DNA of 60,199 nucleotides, filler included, from a candidate division WOR-3 bacterium (GTDB lineage Bacteria > SDB-A), in the NCBI GenBank assembly GCA_016934535.1. It is 6 parts of 6 records of this genome, joined end to end, with 100 filler letters (N's around TTAATTAATTAA, not from the genome) between each part and the next. Parts side by side here need not be neighbours in the genome. Positions count along the whole stretch, not along the records: positions 21,419 to 29,300 come from JAFGSQ010000036.1; positions 29,401 to 40,533 come from JAFGSQ010000038.1; 4 more parts are not named here. One strand, given 5' to 3'. The translations under genes and the position numbers were made by a program. The notes under the pieces were generated by a model that saw only the letters and a list, made by a program, of their open reading frames with translations, was not told where the DNA came from and searched no databases. Below are positions 27,483 to 37,021 of this stretch, piece by piece; the stretch's first letter is position 1; the number at the start of each line of letters is the position of its first letter.

Positions 27483-29300
27483 TCACCTCTCGTCCGGGTA
27501 TATGTTGAGTGATTTATTCCATGCGGTCAGCTTCTGAACGCGCTCCTCTTCTGTTTTGGCTATCTCGAAAGGTCTTCTTCCGCGTGTGTCGACAATCAGT
27601 CCGACGACGCCTCCTTCTAGTTCTGTCGTGAGCTCTTTTCCAAATCCCGCTCCGACATCGAAATTCCTTTCGGGGCTTATAATCGCCTTTTCCTTTTTGC
27701 CTTCAGGAAATTCCAAGAGTTTTAAAGTTCCGAATTCGACTGATTCTTCCCTCCCGCTCTCGAATTTTATCTTGATGCAATGATTTCCAGGTTTTTTCTT
27801 CTTTTTCTCCACAGGGGCTATGCAGTGTCCAAGTCTTATCAGGCAGTCGTTGTCGAAAACTTCAGTTGCCGCTTCCGGATGAACCGTCGAGAGGACTCCC
27901 AGGTGCGGCATCATGAATATCGAGTCCACCGCGAGCATCGTATCGCCTTCAGGCAGAAACGCGTCGATCATCATCAAGGCAGACTGGGCTCTCCTCGGCG
28001 CGTGCGAAAGAACTCCTCCCGAGCCTATGAGCATGTTTAATTTCATCATATCTACAAGCGAAGTCCCTGTCGCCGCCTGATCAAACGCGTCGGCTATAGT
28101 CCTCTCCTGCTGAACTCCTTTGAGGCCGACGGCCATAAATTTGTGCTGGATGAAAGCAAGCCTGAGCGCTTCTCTCGCAATGGCCTGTTCTACCTTCAGT
28201 TCTTCGAGCGTCTGAGGTATCGTCGTCGGCCTTATCATTTTATTGCGGATCCTGTTCCTCAGGTCTTTTTCGTCCATCTTGAAAGGGACCCACCTCATAA
28301 TGTTTGGAATTCCTGCTTCCGCCATGACGTTCGAAATCGAATATGACATCCCGAGGTTGGCAGAGACCGTTCTGTTGAAGACGGGCTTTCCTTCCGACTT
28401 GTCTTCAAAAACGCTGAATACGTCCGTAGTAGCTCCTCCTATGTCCACACCTATGACCTGAATGTTCTCTTGTTTAGCAACCGTCTCTATCAGAAGTCCG
28501 ACAGCTCCGGGCGTCGGCATTATACTGACGTCGGTCCAGGACATAAGCTTTCTGTATCCGGGGGCCTGAGCCATCACGTGTTCCATGAAAAGGTCATGAA
28601 TCTTGTCCCTGGCCGGTTTTAAATTTTCTCTTTCGAGTATTGGCCTCAGGTTGTCGACAATGAAAAGCTCCGTCTTTTCCTTGAGCCGTTCTGCAACCAT
28701 TTCTCTGGCGTCCTTGTTACCCGCGAAAATAACCGGAAGCTTGAATGTCGATCCGAAGCGCGGTTTCGGATCTGCGGCGGCGATGAGCTCGGCGAGTTCA
28801 GCGACGTGCTTTGTCGTCCCGCCGTCTATTCCACCAGAGAGCAGAATCATGTCCGGCCTAAGGTTTCTTATTCTCTCGATTCTCTGGTGGGGAAGTCTTT
28901 TGTCGTTCGTCGCGATGACATCCATGACTATGGATCCTGCGCCGAGTGCCGCTCTGGCGGCCGATTCGGCCGTCATATTCTTTACTACCCCGGCCACCAT
29001 CATCTGAAGTCCTCCACCTGCCGAAGATGTAGAAATGTATATGTCCACACCCTCGCTTTCGGATTTATCTTTTGCTATGAGGTCATTCTCGATTATTTTC
29101 CTGTCGACAAGTTCTTCCACTTCCTTGACAGAATTCAAAACGCCTATGGTGACGTCTTCAAAAGGGGATTCCACGGTAGTCGGCGCTTCACCCCTTACGA
29201 TAAGCCTGTATCGCCCGGCTTTATCGTCTTTCTGAATGAGAATCGCCTTCGTAGTGGTGGATCCGCAGTCAGTCGCGAGAATTGTCTTTATCTGTTCCTT
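27483..29300 (-). CDS. GlmL/MutL-like (glutamate mutase L family) ASKHA ATPase, 5' truncated by gap
   Basis: Frame stays open to the contig end (KEQIKTILATDCGSTTTKAIL); TSSAGGGL, PDMILLSGGIDGG, IMPTP, VDIGGATTDVFS, RTVSANLGMSYS, GSGGVL. Confidence 0.88.
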   Translation of the reverse strand, partial: KEQIKTILATDCGSTTTKAILIQKDDKAGRYRLIVRGEAPTTVESPFEDVTIGVLNSVKEVEELVDRKIIENDLIAKDKSESEGVDIYISTSSAGGGLQMMVAGVVKNMTAESAARAALGAGSIVMDVIATNDKRLPHQRIERIRNLRPDMILLSGGIDGGTTKHVAELAELIAAADPKPRFGSTFKLPVIFAGNKDAREMVAERLKEKTELFIVDNLRPILERENLKPARDKIHDLFMEHVMAQAPGYRKLMSWTDVSIMPTPGAVGLLIETVAKQENIQVIGVDIGGATTDVFSVFEDKSEGKPVFNRTVSANLGMSYSISNVMAEAGIPNIMRWVPFKMDEKDLRNRIRNKMIRPTTIPQTLEELKVEQAIAREALRLAFIQHKFMAVGLKGVQQERTIADAFDQAATGTSLVDMMKLNMLIGSGGVLSHAPRRAQSALMMIDAFLPEGDTMLAVDSIFMMPHLGVLSTVHPEAATEVFDNDCLIRLGHCIAPVEKKKKKPGNHCIKIKFESGREESVEFGTLKLLEFPEGKKEKAIISPERNFDVGAGFGKELTTELEGGVVGLIVDTRGRRPFEIAKTEEERVQKLTAWNKSLNIYPDER

Positions 29301-29400
29301 NNNNNNNNNNNNNNNNNNNNNNNNNNNNNNNNNNNNNNNNNNNNTTAATTAATTAANNNNNNNNNNNNNNNNNNNNNNNNNNNNNNNNNNNNNNNNNNNN
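29301..29400. other. artificial contig linker
   Basis: N-run with TTAATTAATTAA. Confidence 0.99.
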
Positions 29401-30645
29401 CTCAACATTCTCGATCCGGACGGAGACAAGGTTGCGCACGGGCTTTTTGTAGTTCACGCAGGACCCGGCGCAGAACAGACGGGCGACACATTTGATATAT
29501 GGTCGCACAAGGCGGATGCGAGGGAGCTCTGTGAGCTCATTAGAGACAATTACGACCCTGCCTGCCCTTACATAATTTCAAACGGATGCACCCTCGGAGT
29601 ATATTCAATGGAGCCAGAAATGAACGAAGACGGCTCACTCGTCACGGTCGGCGTTTTTTGCCATGAATTCTGTCACGTTCTCGGGGCGCCAGACCTTTAC
29701 AACACCGACGACGGCAACTCTGTCGTCGGCAAATTCGAACTTATGGACGCCGGAAGCTGGAACAGGCTTTCAGGAGAACAGCCCGGGACAAGACCCGCCC
29801 ATCCTTCACTGTGGATAAAAATGCTTCTGGGTTGGGTTGTTCCCGATTCAATAGAAAGAGACGTCACGGGAGTCCCCGACATAGTGAAATCGGCCAGTCT
29901 GGACGCCGCAGGAGGAACCGTATATCCCAGAACATGGAGAGTGCTCCGGAATCCAAACGGAGTTGACTGGACGGACACGCATCCGGGAACGGGCGAGTAT
30001 TTTTTGTTTGAGAACAGGGCAAAAATCGGCTTTTTCGAAACGGCTCTTCCAGACGAAGGCATAGCCGTGTGGCATGTTGACGAGTCGAGACCGGACAACA
30101 ACGACCCGGAAAAAAGACTTGTCTGCCTGGTCAAGGCCGACGGGGATCCTTCGACGACGGCGTCAGGAAGCGAGGGCGACCTTTTCAGCAGTAATACCGC
30201 TGAACTCGGATCCCGCGATGTCCCTTCTCCAAACATGTGGGACGGCGTTTCGAGCGGAGTGAAAATGAGAAACATATCCGCGTCTTCGCAGTTGATGTTT
30301 GCCGACATAGAGGCCGGACCGGTTCTTTTCGGCAAAGTTTTTTCCTATCCGAATCCCTTTGAAAAGAGATCCGGCGGAGATGTGTGCACGATTAAATACC
30401 AACCCCTTGGCAGCAGGGCAGAAGGCATGTTTCCCCTTTTCAGAATCGTAATCTTCAACCTGGCCGGCGAAGTCGTTCGACTCCTCGACGACCCTTCAGA
30501 GATATCACCTGTTTCGAGAGAAGCAGTTTGGGACGGAGAAAATGAATACGGAGACGAGGTCTCCAGTGGAATGTATCTGTACGTGATAGAATTGATACCG
30601 TTTTCGGAAGAGAGAAATTTCGGAAGGATAACGTTCATTCACTAA
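29401..30645 (+). CDS. M6 (immune inhibitor A-like) metalloprotease with FlgD/T9SS-like CTD, 5' truncated
   Basis: Open from contig start (VVHAGPGAEQTG...IWSH); HEFCHVLGAPDLY, LMDAGSWN, EYFLFENR, WHVDE; C-terminal YPNPF...WDGENEYG..VSSGMY. Confidence 0.9.
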   Translation, partial: LNILDPDGDKVAHGLFVVHAGPGAEQTGDTFDIWSHKADARELCELIRDNYDPACPYIISNGCTLGVYSMEPEMNEDGSLVTVGVFCHEFCHVLGAPDLYNTDDGNSVVGKFELMDAGSWNRLSGEQPGTRPAHPSLWIKMLLGWVVPDSIERDVTGVPDIVKSASLDAAGGTVYPRTWRVLRNPNGVDWTDTHPGTGEYFLFENRAKIGFFETALPDEGIAVWHVDESRPDNNDPEKRLVCLVKADGDPSTTASGSEGDLFSSNTAELGSRDVPSPNMWDGVSSGVKMRNISASSQLMFADIEAGPVLFGKVFSYPNPFEKRSGGDVCTIKYQPLGSRAEGMFPLFRIVIFNLAGEVVRLLDDPSEISPVSREAVWDGENEYGDEVSSGMYLYVIELIPFSEERNFGRITFIH

Positions 30646-30646
30646 T

Positions 30647-31600
30647 ATGAAAAAAGCGACAATAACAACTATATTGATGTTGCTGATGAGCTCGCCTGCG
30701 TTTTCATTCAGCGCGGGGGTCACAGGCAGTACATTTTTAAAAATTGGAATAGGGGCGCGACCGGTCGCTCTCGGTTCGGCCTACACCGCTGTGTCCGACG
30801 ACGCCAACTGCATATTCTGGAATCCGGCCGGACTCGGACAGACTTACGCTCTCGGCGGGACCATTTCATTTCTAAATCTTTTCAAGGACGTCAATTACGG
30901 CGCCGGAGCTTTTGTAGTAAGGCTGAAAGCTCTGGGAGTGCTCGGGATAGGCGGTGCGTTTTTGAGCGCGAGCGATGTGAGAAGAGACGCTAACGGAACC
31001 GAGACGGGCACATTTTCCAACTACGATGCGATGTTTATCTTGTCTTTTGGCAGGGAAATTTACGGAGAGAACCTTTTCGGAGGTGTTTCCGTCAGGGGTA
31101 TCCAGAGTAAACTCGGAAACAGGACCGCGAGAACGGCCACACTCGACGGAGGAGTGCTTTTTGTGCCGCATCCTGTCCTGAGGCTCGGCGCCGCTCTTAA
31201 AAATGTCGGCCCAGGCATAGTTTTCATAAGCGAACGGGACCTTCCGCCCACTGAATTGCGGACTGGATCGGCTTTGGTCCTGCCTCTCAATCTCGAATCG
31301 TTCATTCTGAAGACGACATTGAGCGCGGACCTTGGTTTTTCAGAGTTTTCTAAAATTTCGGCAGGTTTCGGCGGCGAACTGACTCTTTTGCCTACGGATC
31401 TCGATTTGGCTTTTAAAGGTTTTTCTCTGAGGGGAGGATATCAGCCGGTCGAGAGGACGGGAGACTGGAGCGGATGGTCTTTCGGCCTGGGAGCAATGGT
31501 ACCGCTCGGAAAAGACAATTATTTTTCAATTGACGCGGTGCATTACTCTTACGGATACCTTGGGGGAGCCGACAGGGTCTCTTTCACACTTAAAATATAA
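30647..31600 (+). CDS. PorV/PorQ-family outer membrane beta-barrel protein
   Basis: Signal peptide; FLKIGIGARPVALGSAYTAVSDDA..IFWNPAGL signature; terminal beta strand. Confidence 0.85.
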   Translation: MKKATITTILMLLMSSPAFSFSAGVTGSTFLKIGIGARPVALGSAYTAVSDDANCIFWNPAGLGQTYALGGTISFLNLFKDVNYGAGAFVVRLKALGVLGIGGAFLSASDVRRDANGTETGTFSNYDAMFILSFGREIYGENLFGGVSVRGIQSKLGNRTARTATLDGGVLFVPHPVLRLGAALKNVGPGIVFISERDLPPTELRTGSALVLPLNLESFILKTTLSADLGFSEFSKISAGFGGELTLLPTDLDLAFKGFSLRGGYQPVERTGDWSGWSFGLGAMVPLGKDNYFSIDAVHYSYGYLGGADRVSFTLKI

Positions 31601-31671
31601 ATTGCTAAAATTACCTGGTAATATTTTGAATGTATAGCTCATTAGGAAGAATGAAGAAGAGGAGGTGAAAA

Positions 31672-31884
31672 GTGGAGCAGTGGCCTAAATGCCTCAAGTG
31701 CCAATCCGGAATTCTTGTTCCCCTGTCGGACTACGGCAGGGAAGGAGCGACGATAAAGTACAAAGCTTGGGTTTGCACTAATCCGCAATGCGGATTCCAC
31801 ATCAGGATAGACAACGGCGAAATATCGATAGGAGACGCCGAGGTCATACACGACGCGAAATTGAGCCAGAAAAAAAGAATCTAA
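31672..31884 (+). CDS. small zinc-ribbon protein
   Basis: GGAGGTG RBS + GTG; CLKC and CTNPQC pairs. Confidence 0.75.
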   Translation: MEQWPKCLKCQSGILVPLSDYGREGATIKYKAWVCTNPQCGFHIRIDNGEISIGDAEVIHDAKLSQKKRI

Positions 31885-31916
31885 ATGGTCGGAAAATCTT
31901 TCAAATCGGGGAAAAG

Positions 31917-32948
31917 ATGATAAAAAGAGCACTGTTCGCGTTTCTGTCAGTTGCGTTTATTTCGTGCAGTAAAACCGACGAAACAACCGTTATCTTACAT
32001 TACGAACCGAAAGAACCAGTTTACATTGTTCCTGAGACCCTGACCGTCTTTTCTGATTCTTTCGTTCAGCTCAGTTTCGGCTCGACAGACTTTTACGGAG
32101 ATTACATGGCCGTCCTCGACATTTCACTCTGCAAATGCTTTGTCTACGAGAACGGAATTTTGAAAACCGTCTTCGGCGACAAAGGAGAAGGTCCCGGCGA
32201 ATTCACATTCAACCAGTCAGGATTCGTCAAGTTCACGGATGAAGGCGAAATTGCAATTTTCGATCCGATGAGCTCAAGGTTGCAGATTTTTAATCTGGAA
32301 GGCGTACTGCTGAAATCTGTACAGATCGGAGTTATCAGCATTTCTTTTGACATTTCCGATACTGTGGCGGTGTTCGCTCCCCTGATGGGAAAGAGCCTCA
32401 TTGAGTTCTGCGATGTCAACACAGGAGAACTCATAAAAAAATACGAAGGCGAAACGGAGGTCAATCTTATGGAAGCAAAACTGCCGCCGCCGATGAGAGT
32501 CCTGACAGGAGGAAAAAGCGACACCATTTGGTGGGGGTTCACTGAAGACTACACAATATACCAGTACACTATTGATGATTCGGCCATCAGCGGCTTCACC
32601 GTAGATTACGAACCGATTCCTTTTCCGCAGGAAGTTATCGATCTTATGTACGAAAGAGCCGGTCAATACAGGGAATTTCTCGAAGGAAGAATAAGAGACA
32701 CTCAGCCTCCTTTCTATTTTATATCGTACGACAGCAAGCAGGAAAAACTGCTAATCCATATTGCATCGGACGAATACGCCTATAGCGCAATAGACATATT
32801 CGATGGTCAGAGCAATTATCTGAAAAGGGTTAAACTGGGTTTCGGAGAAAGTTCACAATTACTCGGAATAAGCGGAGGAACAGCCGCTGTTTTCGACATT
32901 GATAGTTTAAAATTGATTCTCTACGACGTGTCTGAAATCTACGAGTGA
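31917..32948 (+). CDS. lipoprotein, 6-bladed beta-propeller/NHL-like
   Basis: MIKRALFAFLSVAFISC lipobox; FGDKGEGPGEF motif. Confidence 0.8.
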   Translation: MIKRALFAFLSVAFISCSKTDETTVILHYEPKEPVYIVPETLTVFSDSFVQLSFGSTDFYGDYMAVLDISLCKCFVYENGILKTVFGDKGEGPGEFTFNQSGFVKFTDEGEIAIFDPMSSRLQIFNLEGVLLKSVQIGVISISFDISDTVAVFAPLMGKSLIEFCDVNTGELIKKYEGETEVNLMEAKLPPPMRVLTGGKSDTIWWGFTEDYTIYQYTIDDSAISGFTVDYEPIPFPQEVIDLMYERAGQYREFLEGRIRDTQPPFYFISYDSKQEKLLIHIASDEYAYSAIDIFDGQSNYLKRVKLGFGESSQLLGISGGTAAVFDIDSLKLILYDVSEIYE

Positions 32949-32958
32949 TTTTTTAAAG

Positions 32959-34068
32959 ATGAAATCAACCAGAAAATTTCCGGTCGCGGGAACCTTGACT
33001 GCGCTGATTCTTTTCGCTCTTTTTTCTTTCACGCCGCTTGATTCCGCCTGGACCCGGCAGGAAATAAGAGCGGGGGTGTTTCCCTTCGGAGTTTGCGCGG
33101 GCGACTTCGGCAATGACGGTTTTACGGATCTGGCTGTGGCCGGCGTCAAGCTTCTTGGCGAAAATGTCTATCTGATATTGAACAGGGAAGGCGCATTCAG
33201 CCAGCCCAGTCCTTTTCTGGCAGGGGACGGAACTCTCGACGTCGTTGCCGCCGATTTCGACGGAGACGGATTTCTGGACATAGCCGTAGCTGAAAAGATA
33301 TCCCACATTTCAGTTTTCCTGAACACTGGATCGGATTCATTTTACGAATGCAAGCGTTACTATTCCGGACAGGATCCGAAAGCACTGTGTTCCAGTGATT
33401 TTGACCTCGACGGCGACGAGGACATAGCGGTCGCGAATTACTATTCAGGAACTCTAACGGTTTTTAATAACGCAGGTGACGGGACTTTTACCAGGAGCGG
33501 ATCTTATGACGCGAAAAAAAGTCCGGCGGCGCTTTGTGCGGTTGACATAAACAGCGACAATTTTTTTGACCTCGCGGTGTGCGATGCTTGGAACGGGCGC
33601 GTGCTTCTCTTTCTCAACACCGGGGACGGAACTTTCTGTGAACCCATGAAAATTCTTTGCGTTGGCTGGCCGAAAGCAATAGATTTTGCGGATATAGACG
33701 GTGACGGAGATGAAGACTTTGCTGTCGCATGCGCGGCTGACGACGAAGTCAGGATATTAACAAATGACGGTGAAGGGAATTTTGTCATAAAGAGTGTTTA
33801 TGACGGGGGAGACAGGTCTGAGGATTTAATCTTCGCCGATTTTGACGGAGACGGAGATGAAGATTATGCCGTCGTAAGCAGTTACGACGAAAAAATCAGG
33901 ATTTACTCCAACACAGGAGAAGGGTTGTTTGTCCTTGTCTTTGAAGGAAAATCAGGCGAAGAACCCAGATCGCTGTGCACTGCCGATTTCGACAACGACG
34001 GCGATCCGGACATCGCCGTAACAAATTACTCGGTGAACAAGATCTCGGTTTTTTGGAACGAGCAATGA
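32959..34068 (+). CDS. secreted FG-GAP/VCBS repeat protein
   Basis: About seven DFDGDG..DIAV repeats; signal peptide. Confidence 0.9.
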   Translation: MKSTRKFPVAGTLTALILFALFSFTPLDSAWTRQEIRAGVFPFGVCAGDFGNDGFTDLAVAGVKLLGENVYLILNREGAFSQPSPFLAGDGTLDVVAADFDGDGFLDIAVAEKISHISVFLNTGSDSFYECKRYYSGQDPKALCSSDFDLDGDEDIAVANYYSGTLTVFNNAGDGTFTRSGSYDAKKSPAALCAVDINSDNFFDLAVCDAWNGRVLLFLNTGDGTFCEPMKILCVGWPKAIDFADIDGDGDEDFAVACAADDEVRILTNDGEGNFVIKSVYDGGDRSEDLIFADFDGDGDEDYAVVSSYDEKIRIYSNTGEGLFVLVFEGKSGEEPRSLCTADFDNDGDPDIAVTNYSVNKISVFWNEQ

Positions 34069-34088
34069 CTCGATACGGAACTAAAGGA

Positions 34089-34829
34089 TTACGACTCTTT
34101 TATAACGATTGATTTGGCCCAAACATCGCCCGTTCTTCTTCCGCCGGGCTTTGTAAATATGAACACAAGTTCTATTGCAAGAAGAGGAGCGAAATGAAGA
34201 CCGATTTCCCGGAGGAATGATTTCCAGAATTTTATCGGTTTTCCGGTTTTTTCGTCTACGACTTTCATTCCGAGCATTTTCCTGCCCAGACTTTTTCCCT
34301 TGAAAGCGTCGCGGCAGTAAGAATAGAAGACTGCCGCAGTCAGGAGAATAAAGAATAACGACTTGGCCGGAACCTGAAGATATCCGGGTTCGGAAGACTC
34401 GGCGAGGACTACAAAAGGAATGCCTGCGAGGACCAGGAGAACGGACAGCATTCTGTCGATGAATAAAGCCAGTATTCTAAGCCATGGAGATGGTATCTCG
34501 TATTTCCCGGAATATTCCGCGGGCGGAGAGCCGAAAAGAGGGTCTTTTCTGAGTCTCTCATTGAGCGCGGGTACGTCGGAAAACAGCCTCAACAGTATCA
34601 GAAAAGGAAGAGACCCAAGAATAAGAACTAGAAAAGTCAGAAGAAAAGACAGAACCGCCTCGTAAGGACCGGGCTTTTCGAAAATATTTTCCATAAAAAA
34701 AGTGTAAGGCGCGCGAGAAGTAAAGACGATAAAGACCGTCAGAACAAAACACAGCGCCATGACAGAAAGCGAGACGGCCTGGAAAATCCTTTTCGGAATG
34801 AACTTTCTCTTCATCCGGCAATAATACAC
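34089..34829 (-). CDS. RDD-family membrane protein (start may be 34814)
   Basis: RILALFID, GKSLGRKMLGMKVV, RRTGDVWAKSIVI. Confidence 0.85.
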   Translation of the reverse strand: MYYCRMKRKFIPKRIFQAVSLSVMALCFVLTVFIVFTSRAPYTFFMENIFEKPGPYEAVLSFLLTFLVLILGSLPFLILLRLFSDVPALNERLRKDPLFGSPPAEYSGKYEIPSPWLRILALFIDRMLSVLLVLAGIPFVVLAESSEPGYLQVPAKSLFFILLTAAVFYSYCRDAFKGKSLGRKMLGMKVVDEKTGKPIKFWKSFLREIGLHFAPLLAIELVFIFTKPGGRRTGDVWAKSIVIKES

Positions 34830-34888
34830 TGCTTTTTGTTTTTTTTCAAAAGATTGAAGTTCCCCTGTCGGCGTGGTAAATTCATCAT

Positions 34889-35443
34889 ATGAGGTGCCTG
34901 ATCCTTTATTGTTTTATAATTTTTGCCTTTCAAACCCAGGCCGTCAGTAAAACTCTCGACGTGGAAACGTATTCGGCGGATCTTGAGATTCTCCATGAAA
35001 CATCGTCTTATTTCAGGCCTTCCGACAGTTCGATGGTTTTCTGCGGTTTTCGACCCGGAGATGTGATACAAATAGCGGCTCAGTCGGAAAATGGCTGGCT
35101 GGGATTTGATCCTGGAGTCGCTCAAGCCGCCAACACGGGAGTTTTCAGATATAGATGGATAAAAAATGACTCCTGCGTAAACCTTAAAGGATTTTCAGAA
35201 CATCTTTTGAGAATGCCTTCTCCGGACCCGTTTCTAACCTACAACATGTTTTTCGGCGGCACGAAAATCTACTGTGAACCGGATTCTCTTTCTCCTCCTT
35301 TGTATATGACACTCAACGGCGATTACGCCGTAATAGCAGGAAACACAGAAGGAGACTGGATACATGTCGATTTTTCAGAAGGGTTTCCTAAAATCGATGT
35401 AGAAGGTTGGATACAAAGCTCTTTTCTCAATTTAAGTTTCTGA
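34889..35443 (+). CDS. exported hypothetical protein (two SH3-like segments)
   Basis: Signal peptide; GDVIQIAAQSENGWLG and GDYAVIAGNTEGDWIHV...EGWIQ. Confidence 0.6.
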   Translation: MRCLILYCFIIFAFQTQAVSKTLDVETYSADLEILHETSSYFRPSDSSMVFCGFRPGDVIQIAAQSENGWLGFDPGVAQAANTGVFRYRWIKNDSCVNLKGFSEHLLRMPSPDPFLTYNMFFGGTKIYCEPDSLSPPLYMTLNGDYAVIAGNTEGDWIHVDFSEGFPKIDVEGWIQSSFLNLSF

Positions 35444-36928
35444 TTATATGAGCAGACACAGCTTTTGAACAGATTCCGTCTCATCGGTATTTAGTTTTAT
35501 AAAAAACACTCCGGAAGAAACTTCGAGAAAACGACTGTCTTTTCTGTCCCATACAAATTCGTGAATACCAGAAATAAAAAAGCCTTGAACAAGTCTTTTG
35601 ACAAATGCGCCCGTGACATTAAAAATGTTTATCTCGATGAAGCTTTCTTTCGGTAGAAAAAAACGCAGGCCGATTTCATTTCTGCCGTATAGAGGGGGAA
35701 GAAAACAAGCGTTACAAGACCAGTCGAAATTCGATTCGCTTTTTTCTTCGACAAACGAGAATGAAGTGATATCCGGAAAGATTTTAGCGAATTGTCCTCC
35801 ATACGTTCCGATGTCGTTTCTCAACAGTCCTCTCGAAGGGTACAGAGCGTGTCCTGGATTCAGCGAATCTTCCGGGTCTTCGCTCGAAGAAGGGTCTCCC
35901 GAATCCACACAAGGCGATAACTGAGACAACACGTAGTTGCTGTCGCAGAAAAGAGGATCCGCGCTGATGTTTCCTGTCCCCGACCAGCCGTCTTCAATGT
36001 CGCAGTAAGTGAAAGCCGTGGTCCCTGCGCTGTAAGTCCATATCTGGTTGTATGATGAATATGTAGCCGTGTTACCACAGATTATATTGTTTCTGACTTC
36101 GACGGAAGTGGAGTGTATAAGTATACCTCCTCCTTTACCGCAGGGTGGAAGACTGCCGTCGCCGAGGGCTGAATTACCTGTAATGACGTTGTTTTCAACT
36201 GTTCGCGGATAAGACGGATTGTCGTTGCCAATCCATATTCCGCCTCCGCCGTAAGTGTTGTGTTGGGAGAAAGGTCTGTAAACTCTGTTTTTTGCTATTA
36301 TGTTGTTCCTTATTATTCCACCGGAATAGTTCAAAACTATTCCGCCTCCATACATACCCGAATTGCCGATTATGACGTTGTTTTGTATCAGCGGAAAGCC
36401 GTCGCCTACTCTAATTCCTCCGGCTCCGGAGCTTACAATTCCCGAGGCGGTTCGAATTGCTTCATTGTAAACGATGACATTGTTGAGGATTTTTGGAGAA
36501 GCAAAAGAAATAAGTATCCCTCCGCCTTCTATGAAAACACCGTGGCCGTGTTCGTCGGTCCACTTCGTGCCGGTGCCCTGCGTGATCGTGAATCCCTGTA
36601 TGACCGAATTAGAATCTTCTCCGCTGACGAAGAGAACACAGCTTCCCGTGTCTTCGCTTGAGGGCTGACTTCCGTCAATCACTGTGTTCAAAATGTGGAC
36701 CGTTTCTCCGTCGACCAGATAAAGGCTCGCAAGCAGAATCTTCTTGCCTCTGAAGTTCAGGTTTTCAACGTATGTTCCTTCTGAGACGATTATCGTGTCG
36801 AAATCACCGCTCGAATCTATTGCCGATTGAATATCAGGAAAGCCGGCGGGAACGTATAATGTTTCTGACAGTGCATTTCCGGCAAACGCCATAATTAAGA
36901 CGGATAAAAAACACAGAATCCTGAGCAT
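35444..36928 (-). CDS. secreted right-handed parallel beta-helix protein with FlgD/T9SS-like CTD
   Basis: VPAGFPDIQSAID...GTYVENL, repeated GGGI/N..I..N, GNISADPLF, SPCVDSG, DIGTYGG; CTD FNVTGAFVKRL...VWD...SSGVFFIKL. Confidence 0.85.
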   Translation of the reverse strand: MLRILCFLSVLIMAFAGNALSETLYVPAGFPDIQSAIDSSGDFDTIIVSEGTYVENLNFRGKKILLASLYLVDGETVHILNTVIDGSQPSSEDTGSCVLFVSGEDSNSVIQGFTITQGTGTKWTDEHGHGVFIEGGGILISFASPKILNNVIVYNEAIRTASGIVSSGAGGIRVGDGFPLIQNNVIIGNSGMYGGGIVLNYSGGIIRNNIIAKNRVYRPFSQHNTYGGGGIWIGNDNPSYPRTVENNVITGNSALGDGSLPPCGKGGGILIHSTSVEVRNNIICGNTATYSSYNQIWTYSAGTTAFTYCDIEDGWSGTGNISADPLFCDSNYVLSQLSPCVDSGDPSSSEDPEDSLNPGHALYPSRGLLRNDIGTYGGQFAKIFPDITSFSFVEEKSESNFDWSCNACFLPPLYGRNEIGLRFFLPKESFIEINIFNVTGAFVKRLVQGFFISGIHEFVWDRKDSRFLEVSSGVFFIKLNTDETESVQKLCLLI

Positions 36929-37021
36929 ATTTTCTCCTTTTTGGTCTTTGAATATTTAGACTGTTAAAGCTCGGTTCTGTGACGGTTTTTTGGATCAATA
37001 TTTCAAAAAAAGGGAAATTTT

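Noticed and set aside
32959-34068. Periodic nucleotide repeats (GATTT.GACGG.GACGG)
   Set aside because: Explained by FG-GAP protein repeats; not CRISPR
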